Virus record (IMG/VR): IMGVR_UViG_3300033156_001223
Location: 41,842 to 105,841 of that record
Length of the DNA stretch: 64,000 bases
Source of the DNA: a virus
Taxonomy: Duplodnaviria; Heunggongvirae; Uroviricota; Caudoviricetes
Reading direction: 5' to 3' (one strand)
The position numbers and the translations under genes were made by a program. Each line of letters opens with the position of its first letter. The stretch's first letter is position 1. Under the pieces are notes generated by a model. That model was not told where the DNA came from and did not search any database. It was given only the letters and a program-made list of their open reading frames with translations. This document shows positions 1 through 10,265 of this stretch, piece after piece.

Positions 1-160
1 ATGGACTAGTCACTGTAGGTTGCCCCCAGCCAGTAGCAGTACGAGCCATAGTTATACCACCAGGCATCTTTGGTGCCTGAATTGGTACATTCAGAAAAGA
101 TCCAAGCTCAGCAGGTCCGGCTCTATTACTTTGGAATACTGCCTGCTGAGTTAGAGCCAT
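1..160 (-). CDS. hypothetical protein, partial (N-terminal 53 aa; continues past window start)
   Basis: ATG at 158-160 on minus strand, open to the window edge (MALTQQAVFQSNRAGP...); no clear SD. Confidence 0.2.
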   Translation of the reverse strand, partial: MALTQQAVFQSNRAGPAELGSFLNVPIQAPKMPGGITMARTATGWGQPTVTSP

Positions 161-232
161 TTGGGTGGTGGAAAAACTGTCAAGCACAATACTATTTTAC
201 AGGGAAAATGTGAAAAGAGGTAGCTAAAAAAT

Positions 233-613
233 TTAGCTGCCACCAATAATAGGTATATTCCACAGAGGTCTAGTCTCTTTAATTCTTTCTGCCACAGGAG
301 CAAAGATTACTGAATCATTACTTATAAACTTAACTAATTCCTCTTTTCTTAACCTCCAACTACCAAGTTCTTGGCTATAAGTATTGAGAAAATAAACACA
401 AATTTCAGCATCATAATTTAATTTTTTTACTAACTCTAGCCCTTTCTCAAATATACGAGACAGACTGACATGATACATCTCTTCTGATTTTTCTTGGTCA
501 ATCTTATCAGGAGAATCGGGATTTGAAGATACTAATTTTCCTACAATAAAAATTGCGTGGAATTTTCCTTCTACCATCTGTGATGGAGTGATAGTTATCC
601 CGATTCTCCACAT
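233..613 (-). CDS. hypothetical protein (126 aa)
   Basis: ORF-track ORF; SD-like AAAGGAGAG immediately upstream of the ATG. Confidence 0.5.
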   Translation of the reverse strand: MWRIGITITPSQMVEGKFHAIFIVGKLVSSNPDSPDKIDQEKSEEMYHVSLSRIFEKGLELVKKLNYDAEICVYFLNTYSQELGSWRLRKEELVKFISNDSVIFAPVAERIKETRPLWNIPIIGGS

Positions 614-614
614 C

Positions 615-848
615 TTACTCTCCTTTCTGATTATAATGGAGTGAGAGTTTTAGGAAAGAAGGATGATCAATTCCTAGACTATCACATAGATATTTGATGT
701 GCTCTGATTTAATGCAATCTTCGGCATCTTTTCTCAATCGTTTGCTTTTACTATTTAAATCTTTGACACATTGCCAGAGTATGGCAAAAGCTAGATTTCT
801 AGCTGCTAAATATTCTGCAGTAATATCTCTATTATCTTCTTTTACCAT
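615..848 (-). CDS. hypothetical protein (77 aa)
   Basis: ORF packed against the neighbouring genes, same strand as the operon. Confidence 0.4.
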   Translation of the reverse strand: MVKEDNRDITAEYLAARNLAFAILWQCVKDLNSKSKRLRKDAEDCIKSEHIKYLCDSLGIDHPSFLKLSLHYNQKGE

Positions 849-1167
849 ACGAAACAGTAATTTCTGGGTAGGTTGTGGTCGAAGCCTTCTCTATCTCCTT
901 ACGAACAGTCTTTCCATCCAAATATTTCTCACATATTTCTTTCCATCTCACATTTCTTCTAGTTACTGTCCTAACACTCAACGAATAAGGGCCACTTTCA
1001 ATCACCCATCCTTCCCTATAAGCCTTGTAGAAAAGATCTTTCATTTCTGACAATTCCTTTTCGATCTTACGATACTCTCTCTGTAATTCGTAATATCTTT
1101 GTAGAGTAGTTTGTGGAACAATAGTCCCTTCTGTTTTCTTTGCCCTTTTCTTAGCTGTCTTTGCCAT
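832..1167 (-). CDS. hypothetical Lys-rich protein (111 aa)
   Basis: ORF in a co-directional gene string. Confidence 0.4.
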   Translation of the reverse strand: MAKTAKKRAKKTEGTIVPQTTLQRYYELQREYRKIEKELSEMKDLFYKAYREGWVIESGPYSLSVRTVTRRNVRWKEICEKYLDGKTVRKEIEKASTTTYPEITVSYGKRR

Positions 1168-1177
1168 GACCTCCCTC

Positions 1178-1540
1178 CTAAAACATAATCTTGTCTTTAT
1201 CTTCTTTCTCTTTCTTAATAGACTTACTTTTAAACTTCACCCCCTTCCGAGTAGAACCAATTGGTTTGATTACTAAAGGCTTCGAAGGGGCTACTCTCGA
1301 CAATTTCTCTTTAAGCAGCTCATCAGTCGTACTTACTTTAAGATAAGGAGCTACTAGTTGTTTCAAAGTATTAATATTATGAGGATATGGCTCACAAAGA
1401 GCCCGAAGAGCAAGAACTTCTTCTTGTTTCATCAGATCTTTAACTGCTAATGCCATTAGCCAAGCAAAATCACTATCTGGGACTTTATCCAGCTTCTCAT
1501 ACCAGATCATTGCTGTGTATCGCCCGGAGGGGGTGGACAA
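1178..1540 (-). CDS. hypothetical protein with basic C-terminus (120 aa)
   Basis: ORF in a co-directional gene string. Confidence 0.4.
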   Translation of the reverse strand: MSTPSGRYTAMIWYEKLDKVPDSDFAWLMALAVKDLMKQEEVLALRALCEPYPHNINTLKQLVAPYLKVSTTDELLKEKLSRVAPSKPLVIKPIGSTRKGVKFKSKSIKKEKEDKDKIMF

Positions 1541-2082
1541 AAATTTCGGATCGTCTTAGCAGCATCATCAAAGAAAGTTTTAGCAATCCTCCCAGAAAAC
1601 CAAGTAAGATGTTGAGATAGAAGGATGAGAACTGGTTCTGCTAGCTGTTGAATTCGCTCCAGCTTTGCTTCGAGATACTTTTCTAAACTGGGTAGGTCTC
1701 CCCCTCCGGGATAAATTAATCCAGTAAAAATATCCTTTTTTCCTACAGTTAAACTATCAATACTAGCTGCTAGTTGTAACTGAGCTAACAACTCATTAGT
1801 TACTCCGTAGGCTCCTCCTTTCTTCCATGCCACTCGGGCAATTGCTTCACGATCCACCCCTGTGAGACTTCGGAAAGTTACTTGGATATTGCTGGTAATC
1901 GGAATGGTCTGAGTAACATATCCTTTGAGTAGCAATTGTTCTACATCGAGAGGAGGAAGTTTCTTCTCCAACTCCTCTTTTATCTCAGGATCAAAAAATG
2001 GAGAATCAAAATAATCTAGAAGATCGGAAAGTCGAAAATCCTTCTGCTCTTCTTTCTCCTGACTCTTTTTTTCTTCTGACAT
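1507..2082 (-). CDS. hypothetical protein (191 aa)
   Basis: ORF; acidic, Lys-rich N-terminus. Confidence 0.45.
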   Translation of the reverse strand: MSEEKKSQEKEEQKDFRLSDLLDYFDSPFFDPEIKEELEKKLPPLDVEQLLLKGYVTQTIPITSNIQVTFRSLTGVDREAIARVAWKKGGAYGVTNELLAQLQLAASIDSLTVGKKDIFTGLIYPGGGDLPSLEKYLEAKLERIQQLAEPVLILLSQHLTWFSGRIAKTFFDDAAKTIRNFCPPPPGDTQQ

Positions 2083-2095
2083 GACTTACCTCCTT

Positions 2096-2539
2096 TTAGC
2101 CTTTATCCGGTTGCCAAAAATCGGCTCCATAGGCATCCCAATCCTTTCGATATTCATCATTTGGATCATATTCTCTATCTGTAACATTTAATATAACTGC
2201 TTCTTTTTCCAGACTCATAAATCCATGATACACCCCCCTCGGTATGATTAACATTTGGGGGATTCTTTCATCCAAGACTACTTTCTCCAATATGACATCA
2301 CTGCCACTATCGAAGGCCAATCCAACTAATGCTCTCCCTTTTACACATACTAACCTATCCACTTGCTTACGATGGTAATGCCATGCTTTTACTGCTCCTC
2401 TAAATACTGCCGTAACATAGATATTTCCTATTCTCTCTTCACTACTAATAGCTTCACGAATTGGAATAAGATAGCCACGCGAATCTAAATGAAGTTTTAG
2501 TGGCTTCAACCGATAAATACTTTCACTCATCTCAGACAT
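2096..2539 (-). CDS. cupin-fold sugar-nucleotide epimerase/isomerase (RmlC / FdtA-WxcM-like)
   Basis: 147 aa; HYH-containing cupin motif pattern (RGYLIPI...KAWHYHRKQVDRLVCVKGRALVGLAFD) resembling dTDP-sugar 3,5-epimerase/isomerase family. Confidence 0.45.
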   Translation of the reverse strand: MSEMSESIYRLKPLKLHLDSRGYLIPIREAISSEERIGNIYVTAVFRGAVKAWHYHRKQVDRLVCVKGRALVGLAFDSGSDVILEKVVLDERIPQMLIIPRGVYHGFMSLEKEAVILNVTDREYDPNDEYRKDWDAYGADFWQPDKG

Positions 2540-2717
2540 TTCTTACCTCCTACCTTAGCTTACTTTTTTCTGTATTAGCATATTCCTTTCTCAATGTCAA
2601 ATTGTTACTCCTCAAACAAAAAATCTTCCACAGAATCAAGATAGATAAAAATGAGTTGGAATGAGTAAATTTGAGTGAGAAAATCCCTCATAATTCTTTC
2701 CCAAATTCTTCAATTAA

Positions 2718-2739
2718 CTTTTTCGACCTAGGTCAAAAA
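2718..2739. promoter_or_regulatory. near-perfect 22-bp palindrome (TTTTTcGACCT|AGGTCaAAAAA), candidate operator upstream of nrdJ
   Basis: Read directly; core GACCTAGGTC is a perfect palindrome and sits just upstream of the -35 box. Confidence 0.35.
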
Positions 2740-2745
2740 TTTCAC

Positions 2746-2774
2746 TTGACAGTGAGTTTTGACCAAGTAATAAT
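2746..2774 (+). promoter_or_regulatory. sigma70-like promoter (TTGACA-N16-TAATAAT) driving nrdJ
   Basis: TTGACA at 2746-2751, TAATAAT at 2768-2774; AGGAGG SD at 2806-2811 precedes the ATG at 2820. Confidence 0.4.
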
Positions 2775-2819
2775 GAGCAACAGTTTCCTTCTCAAAAATC
2801 CAATTACAAGGAGGACGAA

Positions 2820-4895
2820 ATGGATGTACATGGTGAAGTCTTGAGATTGAAAAATATTTTAGCTCCTGGGGAGACCGAGGAAGAGATGTTCCGTAGAGTC
2901 GCCAGGCATATTGCTCAAGTAGAAAAAGACAAAGAGTTTTGGGAGGAAAAATTCTTTAAGATTATGAATGAAAAAATATTCCTTCCTAATTTTCCAACCC
3001 TTAGAAATGCTGGTAGAAACTCTGGAAATTTAGCTGCTTGCTTGGTTTTAGATATTGAGGATTCTCGAGAGAGTATTTTTGAGACTCTCAAAAAAGCTTG
3101 TAATGCTCAAGCCTTTGGAACTGGCACTGGTTATAACTTTTCCAAACTTCGCCCCAAAGGAGCTTTAATTCGTTCAACCGGTGGGAAGGCTTCCGGGCCG
3201 GTAAGTTTTATTAGAGTGTATGACTTAGCAGTAGGAGAAATCATTCGACAGGGTGGAGTTAGGCAAGGAGCTAATATGGGAATTCTTAACTGTACCCACC
3301 CAGATATCTTAGAGTTCATCAAAGCCAAATCTACCCACAAAATCTCTAACTTTAATTTTTCAGTATTAGTAACTGATGAGTTTATGAAGAAGGCTATTAC
3401 TGGAGAGGAGTATGACTTAATAGACCCACAGACTGGAGATAAAGTAGGGAGTCTAAATGCTCAGATGGTATTCCAAGAGATTTGTAAGCAGGCTTACAAA
3501 ACTGGTTGTCCTGGTCTTTTTTTCTATGATACAGTTAATAAAACATATCCAAGCAATTTAACCTTGAATGCTACCAATCCTTGTGGGGAAACTCCACTCC
3601 ATCCAGGAGAATATTGTAATCTTGGTTCACTAAATTTAAGAAAAGTCTCTAAAATGAGTGATGAAGAGCTGCAAGAAGCAGTAAGAGTTGCAATTAGGTT
3701 GTTGGACAACATCATAGATGTGAATAGTTATGCAGCCATACCAGAAACTGAACTTACTTCCAAGGCTACTCGTAAAGTAGGACTAGGAATTATGGGATTA
3801 GCAGACTATCTCATTGAGAAGAAAATTGCTTATGATTCTGAGGCTGCCCTACAAGAAGCAGAAAAAATTATGAGAAAAATCAATGAATTTGCTGTAGTTG
3901 CTAGTGAAGAGTTGGCTGAAGAAAAAGGTCCATTCCCATTATCTGAACAATTTCACTTCCCTAAGCCAAGAAGGAATGCTCAGGTTACTAATATTGCTCC
4001 TACTGGTACTATTTCTTTTTTAGCTGGGTGTTCTGCTGGAATTGAGCCATTATTTGGAGTGGTTTTCCAATATAGAACTGGAGATGGGAAAGTGTTACAC
4101 AAAGTGCATGACTATTTTGAGAGAATGTGTGAGGAGAGAGGAATAGAGGTTGATGTAAAAGATATCTTAAATCATAAAGGATCCATTCAGAAGTTAGATT
4201 ATCCGAAGGACTTGAAAAATCTTTTTAAAACTGCATATGATATTGCTCCAGAGTGGCATGTCAGAATGCAAGCTACTCTCCAAAAACATGTAGAAATGTC
4301 TATCTCCAAAACCGTCAATCTTCCGGAGAATTCTACAGTTGAGGACATTAAAAAGATTTATATTATGGCGTGGAAAGAGGGATGTAAAGGAATCACTATC
4401 TATCGAGATGGAACAATCGAAGATCAGCCCATTCACTTTAAATCAAAAGAAGCCGAATATACTCGTCCCAAAGTTCTTCAGGGAGAAACCGAAAGATTTG
4501 ATCTAGGAGAATGCGGAAAGCTTTATATTACTATCAACTATGATGAACAAAGAAGAATTAGAGAAATCTTTCTAGCTAGAGGCTATCCAGGTGGATGTGC
4601 TGCAGCCCAAACTGCTGCCCTAGCTATTACTATCTCTTCTTGTCTCAAGTTAGGCATGGACGCACAGACGTTGGTCGAAAAGCTAAAACAGATCAAATGT
4701 GGAAAGGAATTTTGGGATGAGAATAATGGTTCAAAAATTAAGATATTTGGTTGTGCTCATGCTATTGCTCTAGCAATCGAACACTTTCTCAAAAGACATA
4801 CTAACTTATGCCCATTATGTGGCAGTAAGTTGATCAAGAAAGAAGGATGCACATCATGTAGTAATTGTTCTTGGGGAAAGTGCCAAATAAGTTAA
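2820..4895 (+). CDS. nrdJ: ribonucleotide reductase class II (adenosylcobalamin-dependent), with C-terminal Cys-rich zinc ribbon
   Basis: 691 aa; active-site TNPCGE motif; overall RNR architecture; C-terminal CPLCGSK...CTSCSNCSWGKC. Confidence 0.85.
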   Translation: MDVHGEVLRLKNILAPGETEEEMFRRVARHIAQVEKDKEFWEEKFFKIMNEKIFLPNFPTLRNAGRNSGNLAACLVLDIEDSRESIFETLKKACNAQAFGTGTGYNFSKLRPKGALIRSTGGKASGPVSFIRVYDLAVGEIIRQGGVRQGANMGILNCTHPDILEFIKAKSTHKISNFNFSVLVTDEFMKKAITGEEYDLIDPQTGDKVGSLNAQMVFQEICKQAYKTGCPGLFFYDTVNKTYPSNLTLNATNPCGETPLHPGEYCNLGSLNLRKVSKMSDEELQEAVRVAIRLLDNIIDVNSYAAIPETELTSKATRKVGLGIMGLADYLIEKKIAYDSEAALQEAEKIMRKINEFAVVASEELAEEKGPFPLSEQFHFPKPRRNAQVTNIAPTGTISFLAGCSAGIEPLFGVVFQYRTGDGKVLHKVHDYFERMCEERGIEVDVKDILNHKGSIQKLDYPKDLKNLFKTAYDIAPEWHVRMQATLQKHVEMSISKTVNLPENSTVEDIKKIYIMAWKEGCKGITIYRDGTIEDQPIHFKSKEAEYTRPKVLQGETERFDLGECGKLYITINYDEQRRIREIFLARGYPGGCAAAQTAALAITISSCLKLGMDAQTLVEKLKQIKCGKEFWDENNGSKIKIFGCAHAIALAIEHFLKRHTNLCPLCGSKLIKKEGCTSCSNCSWGKCQIS

Positions 4896-4898
4896 TTA

Positions 4899-5186
4899 CT
4901 ATTCGTCTACATCAGTTTCATCATAAAGCATAACTGCAACTCTAAAAATATTTCCTCGTAGATTATGGAGGTTTGCTATTAGCTCTGCTTGAGAAATTAT
5001 CTCTGAGTGCTTGTTAAGTATTCTAACTATTTTATTGAATTTGGTCATACTAGATTGAGAACAATGGAAAAACCAGTCTTCGGCATTGATAGGTTCTGCA
5101 GGTAATCCAAGCTCATTTAATTCAGTAAACAAAGGGCCATAATCTGCTTCAGGATGTACTCTCAACTTCAATGTCAGCTTGTTCAT
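4899..5186 (-). CDS. hypothetical protein (95 aa)
   Basis: ORF convergent with nrdJ. Confidence 0.35.
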   Translation of the reverse strand: MNKLTLKLRVHPEADYGPLFTELNELGLPAEPINAEDWFFHCSQSSMTKFNKIVRILNKHSEIISQAELIANLHNLRGNIFRVAVMLYDETDVDE

Positions 5187-5442
5187 TAGTATATCCCTCC
5201 TTATTATTCAAAATAGCAAGAATATCTAACCTTAATTTCAACAGTGCATTCAGTTTTTCTTCCAAACCAGCAAGTTCTCCATCAAGGCCATCCAATCGTG
5301 CTCCACATTTCTTGCAAGTCACCCACAATATCTCCAAACAAGGTAATGCGGCTAACTGCGGATGCTCGGTCGCTAAACAAACTTCCAAATCACCCTGAAT
5401 CACTGCTACTCCCATCTTGGACCCACATTTCGGACAAATCAT
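5149..5442 (-). CDS. zinc-ribbon and coiled-coil protein (97 aa)
   Basis: CPKCGSKM...CKKCGARL plus a leucine heptad stretch. Confidence 0.4.
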   Translation of the reverse strand: MICPKCGSKMGVAVIQGDLEVCLATEHPQLAALPCLEILWVTCKKCGARLDGLDGELAGLEEKLNALLKLRLDILAILNNKEGYTNEQADIEVESTS

Positions 5443-5488
5443 CTTCTCCCTCCTTTCCTAAGTAATTTCTATTATTTTATAGCAGAAT

Positions 5489-6625
5489 TTGCTAGAATTT
5501 AAAGTGATGAGTCAACAAATTTACCGAGGCATAGAGAATAAAATTTATCTCACCTTCTCTGCAAACGATCAAACCGTTAAACCAGATCAAATCTCCCTCG
5601 TGAGATTAGTAAGAGGTGGTGATATTATCTACAACTTCGAGACCGCAAATGTTGATGGTGAGGGGAATTATTATGTTACTTGGAAACCTTCCTATACTGA
5701 TGATCTCGGGCTCTATATCCTTGAGTATACTTGGGTATATGCTTACCAGCAATTCTCTACTAAGGAATCAATCATCCTACTCACAGAGATACGAGGAGAT
5801 TGGTATTTCAAGGTTAAAAACGTCTTGGTAAGAACTTTTTCTCTGGAATTTGTTGATATCTCTTGGGAAGCTGAGTATTTAGGTAACTTTGAGCCTAAAT
5901 TTGTTGTTAGTAAAGGATTATCAGAATCTGATGTGTTTGTAGACATATCTCCTGAATTAGAAGACAGATATTATTTTAGAGACTACGACGTAGAAATGCG
6001 AACCCTTACTAGGCCTTACTACTACGTGGTTAGTGCATATGACCAGGAAGGAAATTTGTTAGATATTACTAACCCAGTTACTATCACATATGAACCAGAT
6101 GCTACAGCGTTAGCGGTAGCAGACCAATTTCGAAGAATGCTGAAAACTGCTTTAGGAAGAAAAATGATTCTACTTAAGAAGAGAAGATTTGGGAAAAGAT
6201 GTGAATGCTGGAGCAATGAGTTGAAAAAAGTAACAAAATCGAGATGTTTATCTTGCTTCTCTACCGGATGGGCTGGTGGGTATCATCGGCCAATAATCAT
6301 TTATGGGCAACTAGTAGAAGGAATGAAAGGAGAAACAGTTTCACCATACGGCCAAACAGAACCGAGAAATGCCCAGTTTAGTATTGCTAATTATCCCATC
6401 ATCCATCCCGATGATTTATTAGTAGAAGAACAGGGTGTTATTTGGAGAATTCATAGTGTACAACCTACTATGAAAAGAAGAACTTTGATTCGACAAATAG
6501 CAAATGTTACCGCAGTAGTGCCTGGAGATATAGAATATGAATTTCCTATTAAAAGTTCCTATTTTACAACTGCAGATGAAGTAGTGCTAAACCCTAAATA
6601 TGACTTAAATGTTAAGACTCTGTGA
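5489..6625 (+). CDS. hypothetical protein, possibly virion-associated (378 aa)
   Basis: First ORF of the plus-strand block; CxC...CxxC cluster (KRCECW...RCLSCF). Confidence 0.45.
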   Translation: MLEFKVMSQQIYRGIENKIYLTFSANDQTVKPDQISLVRLVRGGDIIYNFETANVDGEGNYYVTWKPSYTDDLGLYILEYTWVYAYQQFSTKESIILLTEIRGDWYFKVKNVLVRTFSLEFVDISWEAEYLGNFEPKFVVSKGLSESDVFVDISPELEDRYYFRDYDVEMRTLTRPYYYVVSAYDQEGNLLDITNPVTITYEPDATALAVADQFRRMLKTALGRKMILLKKRRFGKRCECWSNELKKVTKSRCLSCFSTGWAGGYHRPIIIYGQLVEGMKGETVSPYGQTEPRNAQFSIANYPIIHPDDLLVEEQGVIWRIHSVQPTMKRRTLIRQIANVTAVVPGDIEYEFPIKSSYFTTADEVVLNPKYDLNVKTL

Positions 6626-6686
6626 GTTCCCTACTCCCTTAATAAGTGTTACAATAATCTGATTACTAGTAAGGAGGTGTTTATTT

Positions 6687-7073
6687 ATGAGTTTTGAAAA
6701 ACTAGCAGCGAAGCTCTTTCTTCAGTATCTAGCAGATGAACTTGGGCTAGACGACTATAAATCTGCCAGTGAAGAGGCGGCTGACGAAATTATTAAGTTA
6801 GCTGCAGTTGGCTTGGTTGTATCAAAAAGATTTCCTGAGTTGGTAAAAATTGCTAAGAAGCTGACTTATCAGGAGCGTCAATCTTTACCTGATAGTGCTT
6901 TTGCTATTCCGGAAAAACGCAAATACCCAATCCACGATTTGGCCCATGCTCGCAATGCCTTGGCAAGAGTAGCAGCTTTCGGGTCTCCCGAGGAGAAAAA
7001 GAGAGTTTATGCTGCCATTAAAAGGAAATGGCCAGGACTTTGGGCCAGACATGCCGAGAGACACAAAAAGTAA
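6687..7073 (+). CDS. hypothetical protein (128 aa)
   Basis: ORF with AGGAGG SD upstream (TAAGGAGGTG). Confidence 0.5.
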   Translation: MSFEKLAAKLFLQYLADELGLDDYKSASEEAADEIIKLAAVGLVVSKRFPELVKIAKKLTYQERQSLPDSAFAIPEKRKYPIHDLAHARNALARVAAFGSPEEKKRVYAAIKRKWPGLWARHAERHKK

Positions 7074-7082
7074 TTAATTTAT

Positions 7083-7772
7083 ATGGTAGTCCAAATACAA
7101 CCAGGTGCTAACCAGGCTTATGCCAAAATAGATAAGAGTGTCCGTACTCAGCACTACTATCCAGCTATAGCTGCACGCTTGATTATCAAACATTTTCTGC
7201 AGGAGTTGTTTACTACTAATGAAGATTGGAAGTGGGTTCCTGATGAGAAACAAACTAATATTTTTATTATCGACTATGCAGGTAAGCCCTCGGTTAATCA
7301 GGTAAAGCCTATTGTCGCAATCCAAAGAGCTCCGATTAATGTAAGAGATTATTCTGTCCGCTCTCGTATTGTTTATGACAAAACTTTCATGTCCAAGTTA
7401 CTAGTAAAGGTTCTTAATATACCAATGGTAGTTCATTGTGTGTCTAAGGAAGAATTAGAAGCGGAGAGTATTGCTTGTGCTGTATTCCATGGTCTAATAG
7501 CTTTCCAAGAAGAAATTGTCTCGATGGGAGTTAAAGGAATAAGAGGGATTAGTTTGGGAATTCCTGCTCCTGCAGAAGGTTTTTATACTGGAGCAAAAAT
7601 AGAAGCATTTACCTGTCCAGTTTCCTTTGGAGTAGTAATGGATTCTTTTTGGATGAAGAGCAAATTAAATGCCAAAGATATTCGAGAGATTCTGACAAAA
7701 CATAACTTAAATGTTGAAGCTCTTAATGTACCACCCAACACTTTTCATGATATTAACGTTTGGCAGTTATAG
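7083..7772 (+). CDS. hypothetical protein (229 aa)
   Basis: ORF in a tightly packed plus-strand block. Confidence 0.45.
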   Translation: MVVQIQPGANQAYAKIDKSVRTQHYYPAIAARLIIKHFLQELFTTNEDWKWVPDEKQTNIFIIDYAGKPSVNQVKPIVAIQRAPINVRDYSVRSRIVYDKTFMSKLLVKVLNIPMVVHCVSKEELEAESIACAVFHGLIAFQEEIVSMGVKGIRGISLGIPAPAEGFYTGAKIEAFTCPVSFGVVMDSFWMKSKLNAKDIREILTKHNLNVEALNVPPNTFHDINVWQL

Positions 7773-7803
7773 TCAAGCTCCTCAATTACTAGTAAAATGA
7801 AGA

Positions 7804-9501
7804 ATGGAGGATAATATGGCTACTACTGGAAATTTACCAAGAATAGAAATTTATCAAGTTGCCCGTACCACTACTTATCCTGGTCGGAGGCCTATCTTAG
7901 TTCCAACTCTGATTGGCCCTTGTTTCCAAATTGTGGACATATGGGACCCAGAGACTGGAGCTTTGAATGATAGTGCAAAAGCCGGTAATTATGACCCAAG
8001 CACTACCAATACTTATGCTTACCCTGGTTTAGATAATGATGCCGAGGTTGCTACTGGAACTGTTGAGGTATATTTCAGATTTGGGAGCACCGATACTACT
8101 CTTAGTAAAGTTGAAACTGGAGTAACTGTAACTAGCTCTGGAGTTACTCTGGATCCTGGAATTACTACTGCCCCGGCACAAGTGTATATCCAATATCGTG
8201 CCTTGAAAAAAGGAGTATTAACTCCTAGTGATTCCCCAACAGGTGGTTCCTGTGGAATTCTGTTAGAAGATGAGGACGATGTTACTACCTATTTAGGAAC
8301 TATTGATCCGAGAAATCCTTTAGGATTCGCAGCTTGGATATCACTCTCTGTTGGCAGAGTTCCTGTGAGATGCATCGGAGTAGACGAAGTTACTTATTCT
8401 CAAGATGATGAAGATTATAACGGAACAGTAACTTCGTACAGCAAAAGTCTAGAAGGAGCTGAGACGTGTGATGATCCATATGTCTTAGTTCCCCTAACTC
8501 ATAACGAATCCGTATTATCTTTATTCAAAACTCATGTTGATAATATGTCAGTAGCAACAGTCGGAAAAGAGAGGATTTGTTTTATATGCCCAAAACGGAT
8601 TGATACTTATCCCGATATGACCATTCTTTCCGGTATAGGTTCTACTAATGGAAGTGATGATACCAAGTTTGATATTGATGGTGATCCTAGTGATATCGAT
8701 ATTGATTATGATGTTTTAATTATAGCTAATGAAGAGGGTGAATATGATATTGTAGCAACTGGAACTTATGAAGGAGGTGGAGGCTGGATTCAGGTTAGTA
8801 CAAGTTTGCCAAGTGTTTCTAACCGTGCTTATGCAGTAGTAAGGAAAGGAAAGCCCTGTACTACTAAATCTGAAATTGCTGAAGCGATTTCTGAGGCAGC
8901 AAGTTCCTATGCAGACAAAAGAGTTAGATATGTATATCCTCCATATGCCCAACTTTCAGTATATGGAGTAGACACAATCGTTCCTGGTTATTATGCTTGT
9001 GCAGCTCTTGCAACTATGAGGTGTGTGCTTACTCCCTCCAAACCACTAACCAACTATCAGATCCCATTGCTTACAAGTGTTAAGGGATCTAATGAATATC
9101 TATCCACTACCAATTTGGATACTATGGTTGGTGCTGGAGTTTGGGTATTAGTAAATGAAGGTGGAAATGTCCATACTCTAAGAGCAGTAACTACCGACAC
9201 TTCTACATTGCAAAATATGGAAGATAATATTGTCACCCAAGTTGATTATGTAAGTAAAATGTTGCGGACCGCTCTGAAGCCATTTATTGGTGGAAATCTA
9301 ATTACTAAAGAATTTATCAAATATACTATTAAGCCAATAGTATTCGGAGTGATCACAACTTGTAGACAAATCCAAGCAATAGCCGATATCCAAATAAGAT
9401 ATATCAGACAGAGTGAGACCAACCCGGATACTATTGAAATTGTTGCTGATATTACTCCGTTGTATTCATTGAACGTGATTCGAGTAACTCTCTACATTTA
9501 G
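7804..9501 (+). CDS. putative virion structural protein (Thr/Gly-rich, beta-rich; tail sheath or fiber-like)
   Basis: 565 aa; composition typical of phage structural proteins; SD GGAGGA upstream. Confidence 0.35.
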   Translation: MEDNMATTGNLPRIEIYQVARTTTYPGRRPILVPTLIGPCFQIVDIWDPETGALNDSAKAGNYDPSTTNTYAYPGLDNDAEVATGTVEVYFRFGSTDTTLSKVETGVTVTSSGVTLDPGITTAPAQVYIQYRALKKGVLTPSDSPTGGSCGILLEDEDDVTTYLGTIDPRNPLGFAAWISLSVGRVPVRCIGVDEVTYSQDDEDYNGTVTSYSKSLEGAETCDDPYVLVPLTHNESVLSLFKTHVDNMSVATVGKERICFICPKRIDTYPDMTILSGIGSTNGSDDTKFDIDGDPSDIDIDYDVLIIANEEGEYDIVATGTYEGGGGWIQVSTSLPSVSNRAYAVVRKGKPCTTKSEIAEAISEAASSYADKRVRYVYPPYAQLSVYGVDTIVPGYYACAALATMRCVLTPSKPLTNYQIPLLTSVKGSNEYLSTTNLDTMVGAGVWVLVNEGGNVHTLRAVTTDTSTLQNMEDNIVTQVDYVSKMLRTALKPFIGGNLITKEFIKYTIKPIVFGVITTCRQIQAIADIQIRYIRQSETNPDTIEIVADITPLYSLNVIRVTLYI

Positions 9502-9512
9502 GAGGTGTAAAT

Positions 9513-10265
9513 ATGGCTAACTGGAACCTTCAAGATATCGGTCAAGCCCTCGCGGCATTTTCGGAATGGGACAGAAGTAGAAAACTAAATCCTTTCCATA
9601 AAGATGGACAAGCAGTTTCCGGAGAGTTTGTAAAGATTGCTGCTGGGCCACCTACTTTGAGAGCCCCGGAGACTGGATCTACTACTGAAATGTCAAACAT
9701 TGTTTGGCCAATTGGAGTGGCCCAAGGTCTAACTTTTACCAGCAATATCCAACAATTTACTCTCTATGAGCTTGGTAGTAAAGCTGAATATAACTGTACT
9801 GGTCGTTCTGCAGTGCAGATTGGATTTGGAGATATTTATTTGTGGGGTCCGAACCTTTTGAGGCTGATTTATGGATGGAAGAAGGATAATCCTCCTGGGG
9901 CTCTCCAAGAAAGGTGGGATGTATTGTGGGGAGATGAAAATGCTTCTTATCAAGACAATTGGACTATTCACATCTCACCTGGTAACCGCGTCTTCTGGAT
10001 GAATGTCTTTTCAGATATTTTTTCTAGGCCATTTGGATTACTGCTTCTAATCGAAGATAATACCGAAACTACTATAGCAGCTCCGTACTTAGAAAGATGT
10101 TTTATTACTGCCTATGGGTGGGATGTGGATCCTAATGGAATCCTCATGAGAGAGAACTTAACAGTTATCCCGCATAATATTAAGTATGTAGAAGTTGCAG
10201 AGATGGAGTTAGAGGATGAATTCAAACAAGCGATCCAACAATTCTTTACAAGCGGCGGTGAATAA
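9513..10265 (+). CDS. putative virion structural protein (250 aa)
   Basis: Follows the 565-aa ORF; AGGAGG SD (TAGGAGGTG) upstream. Confidence 0.4.
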   Translation: MANWNLQDIGQALAAFSEWDRSRKLNPFHKDGQAVSGEFVKIAAGPPTLRAPETGSTTEMSNIVWPIGVAQGLTFTSNIQQFTLYELGSKAEYNCTGRSAVQIGFGDIYLWGPNLLRLIYGWKKDNPPGALQERWDVLWGDENASYQDNWTIHISPGNRVFWMNVFSDIFSRPFGLLLLIEDNTETTIAAPYLERCFITAYGWDVDPNGILMRENLTVIPHNIKYVEVAEMELEDEFKQAIQQFFTSGGE

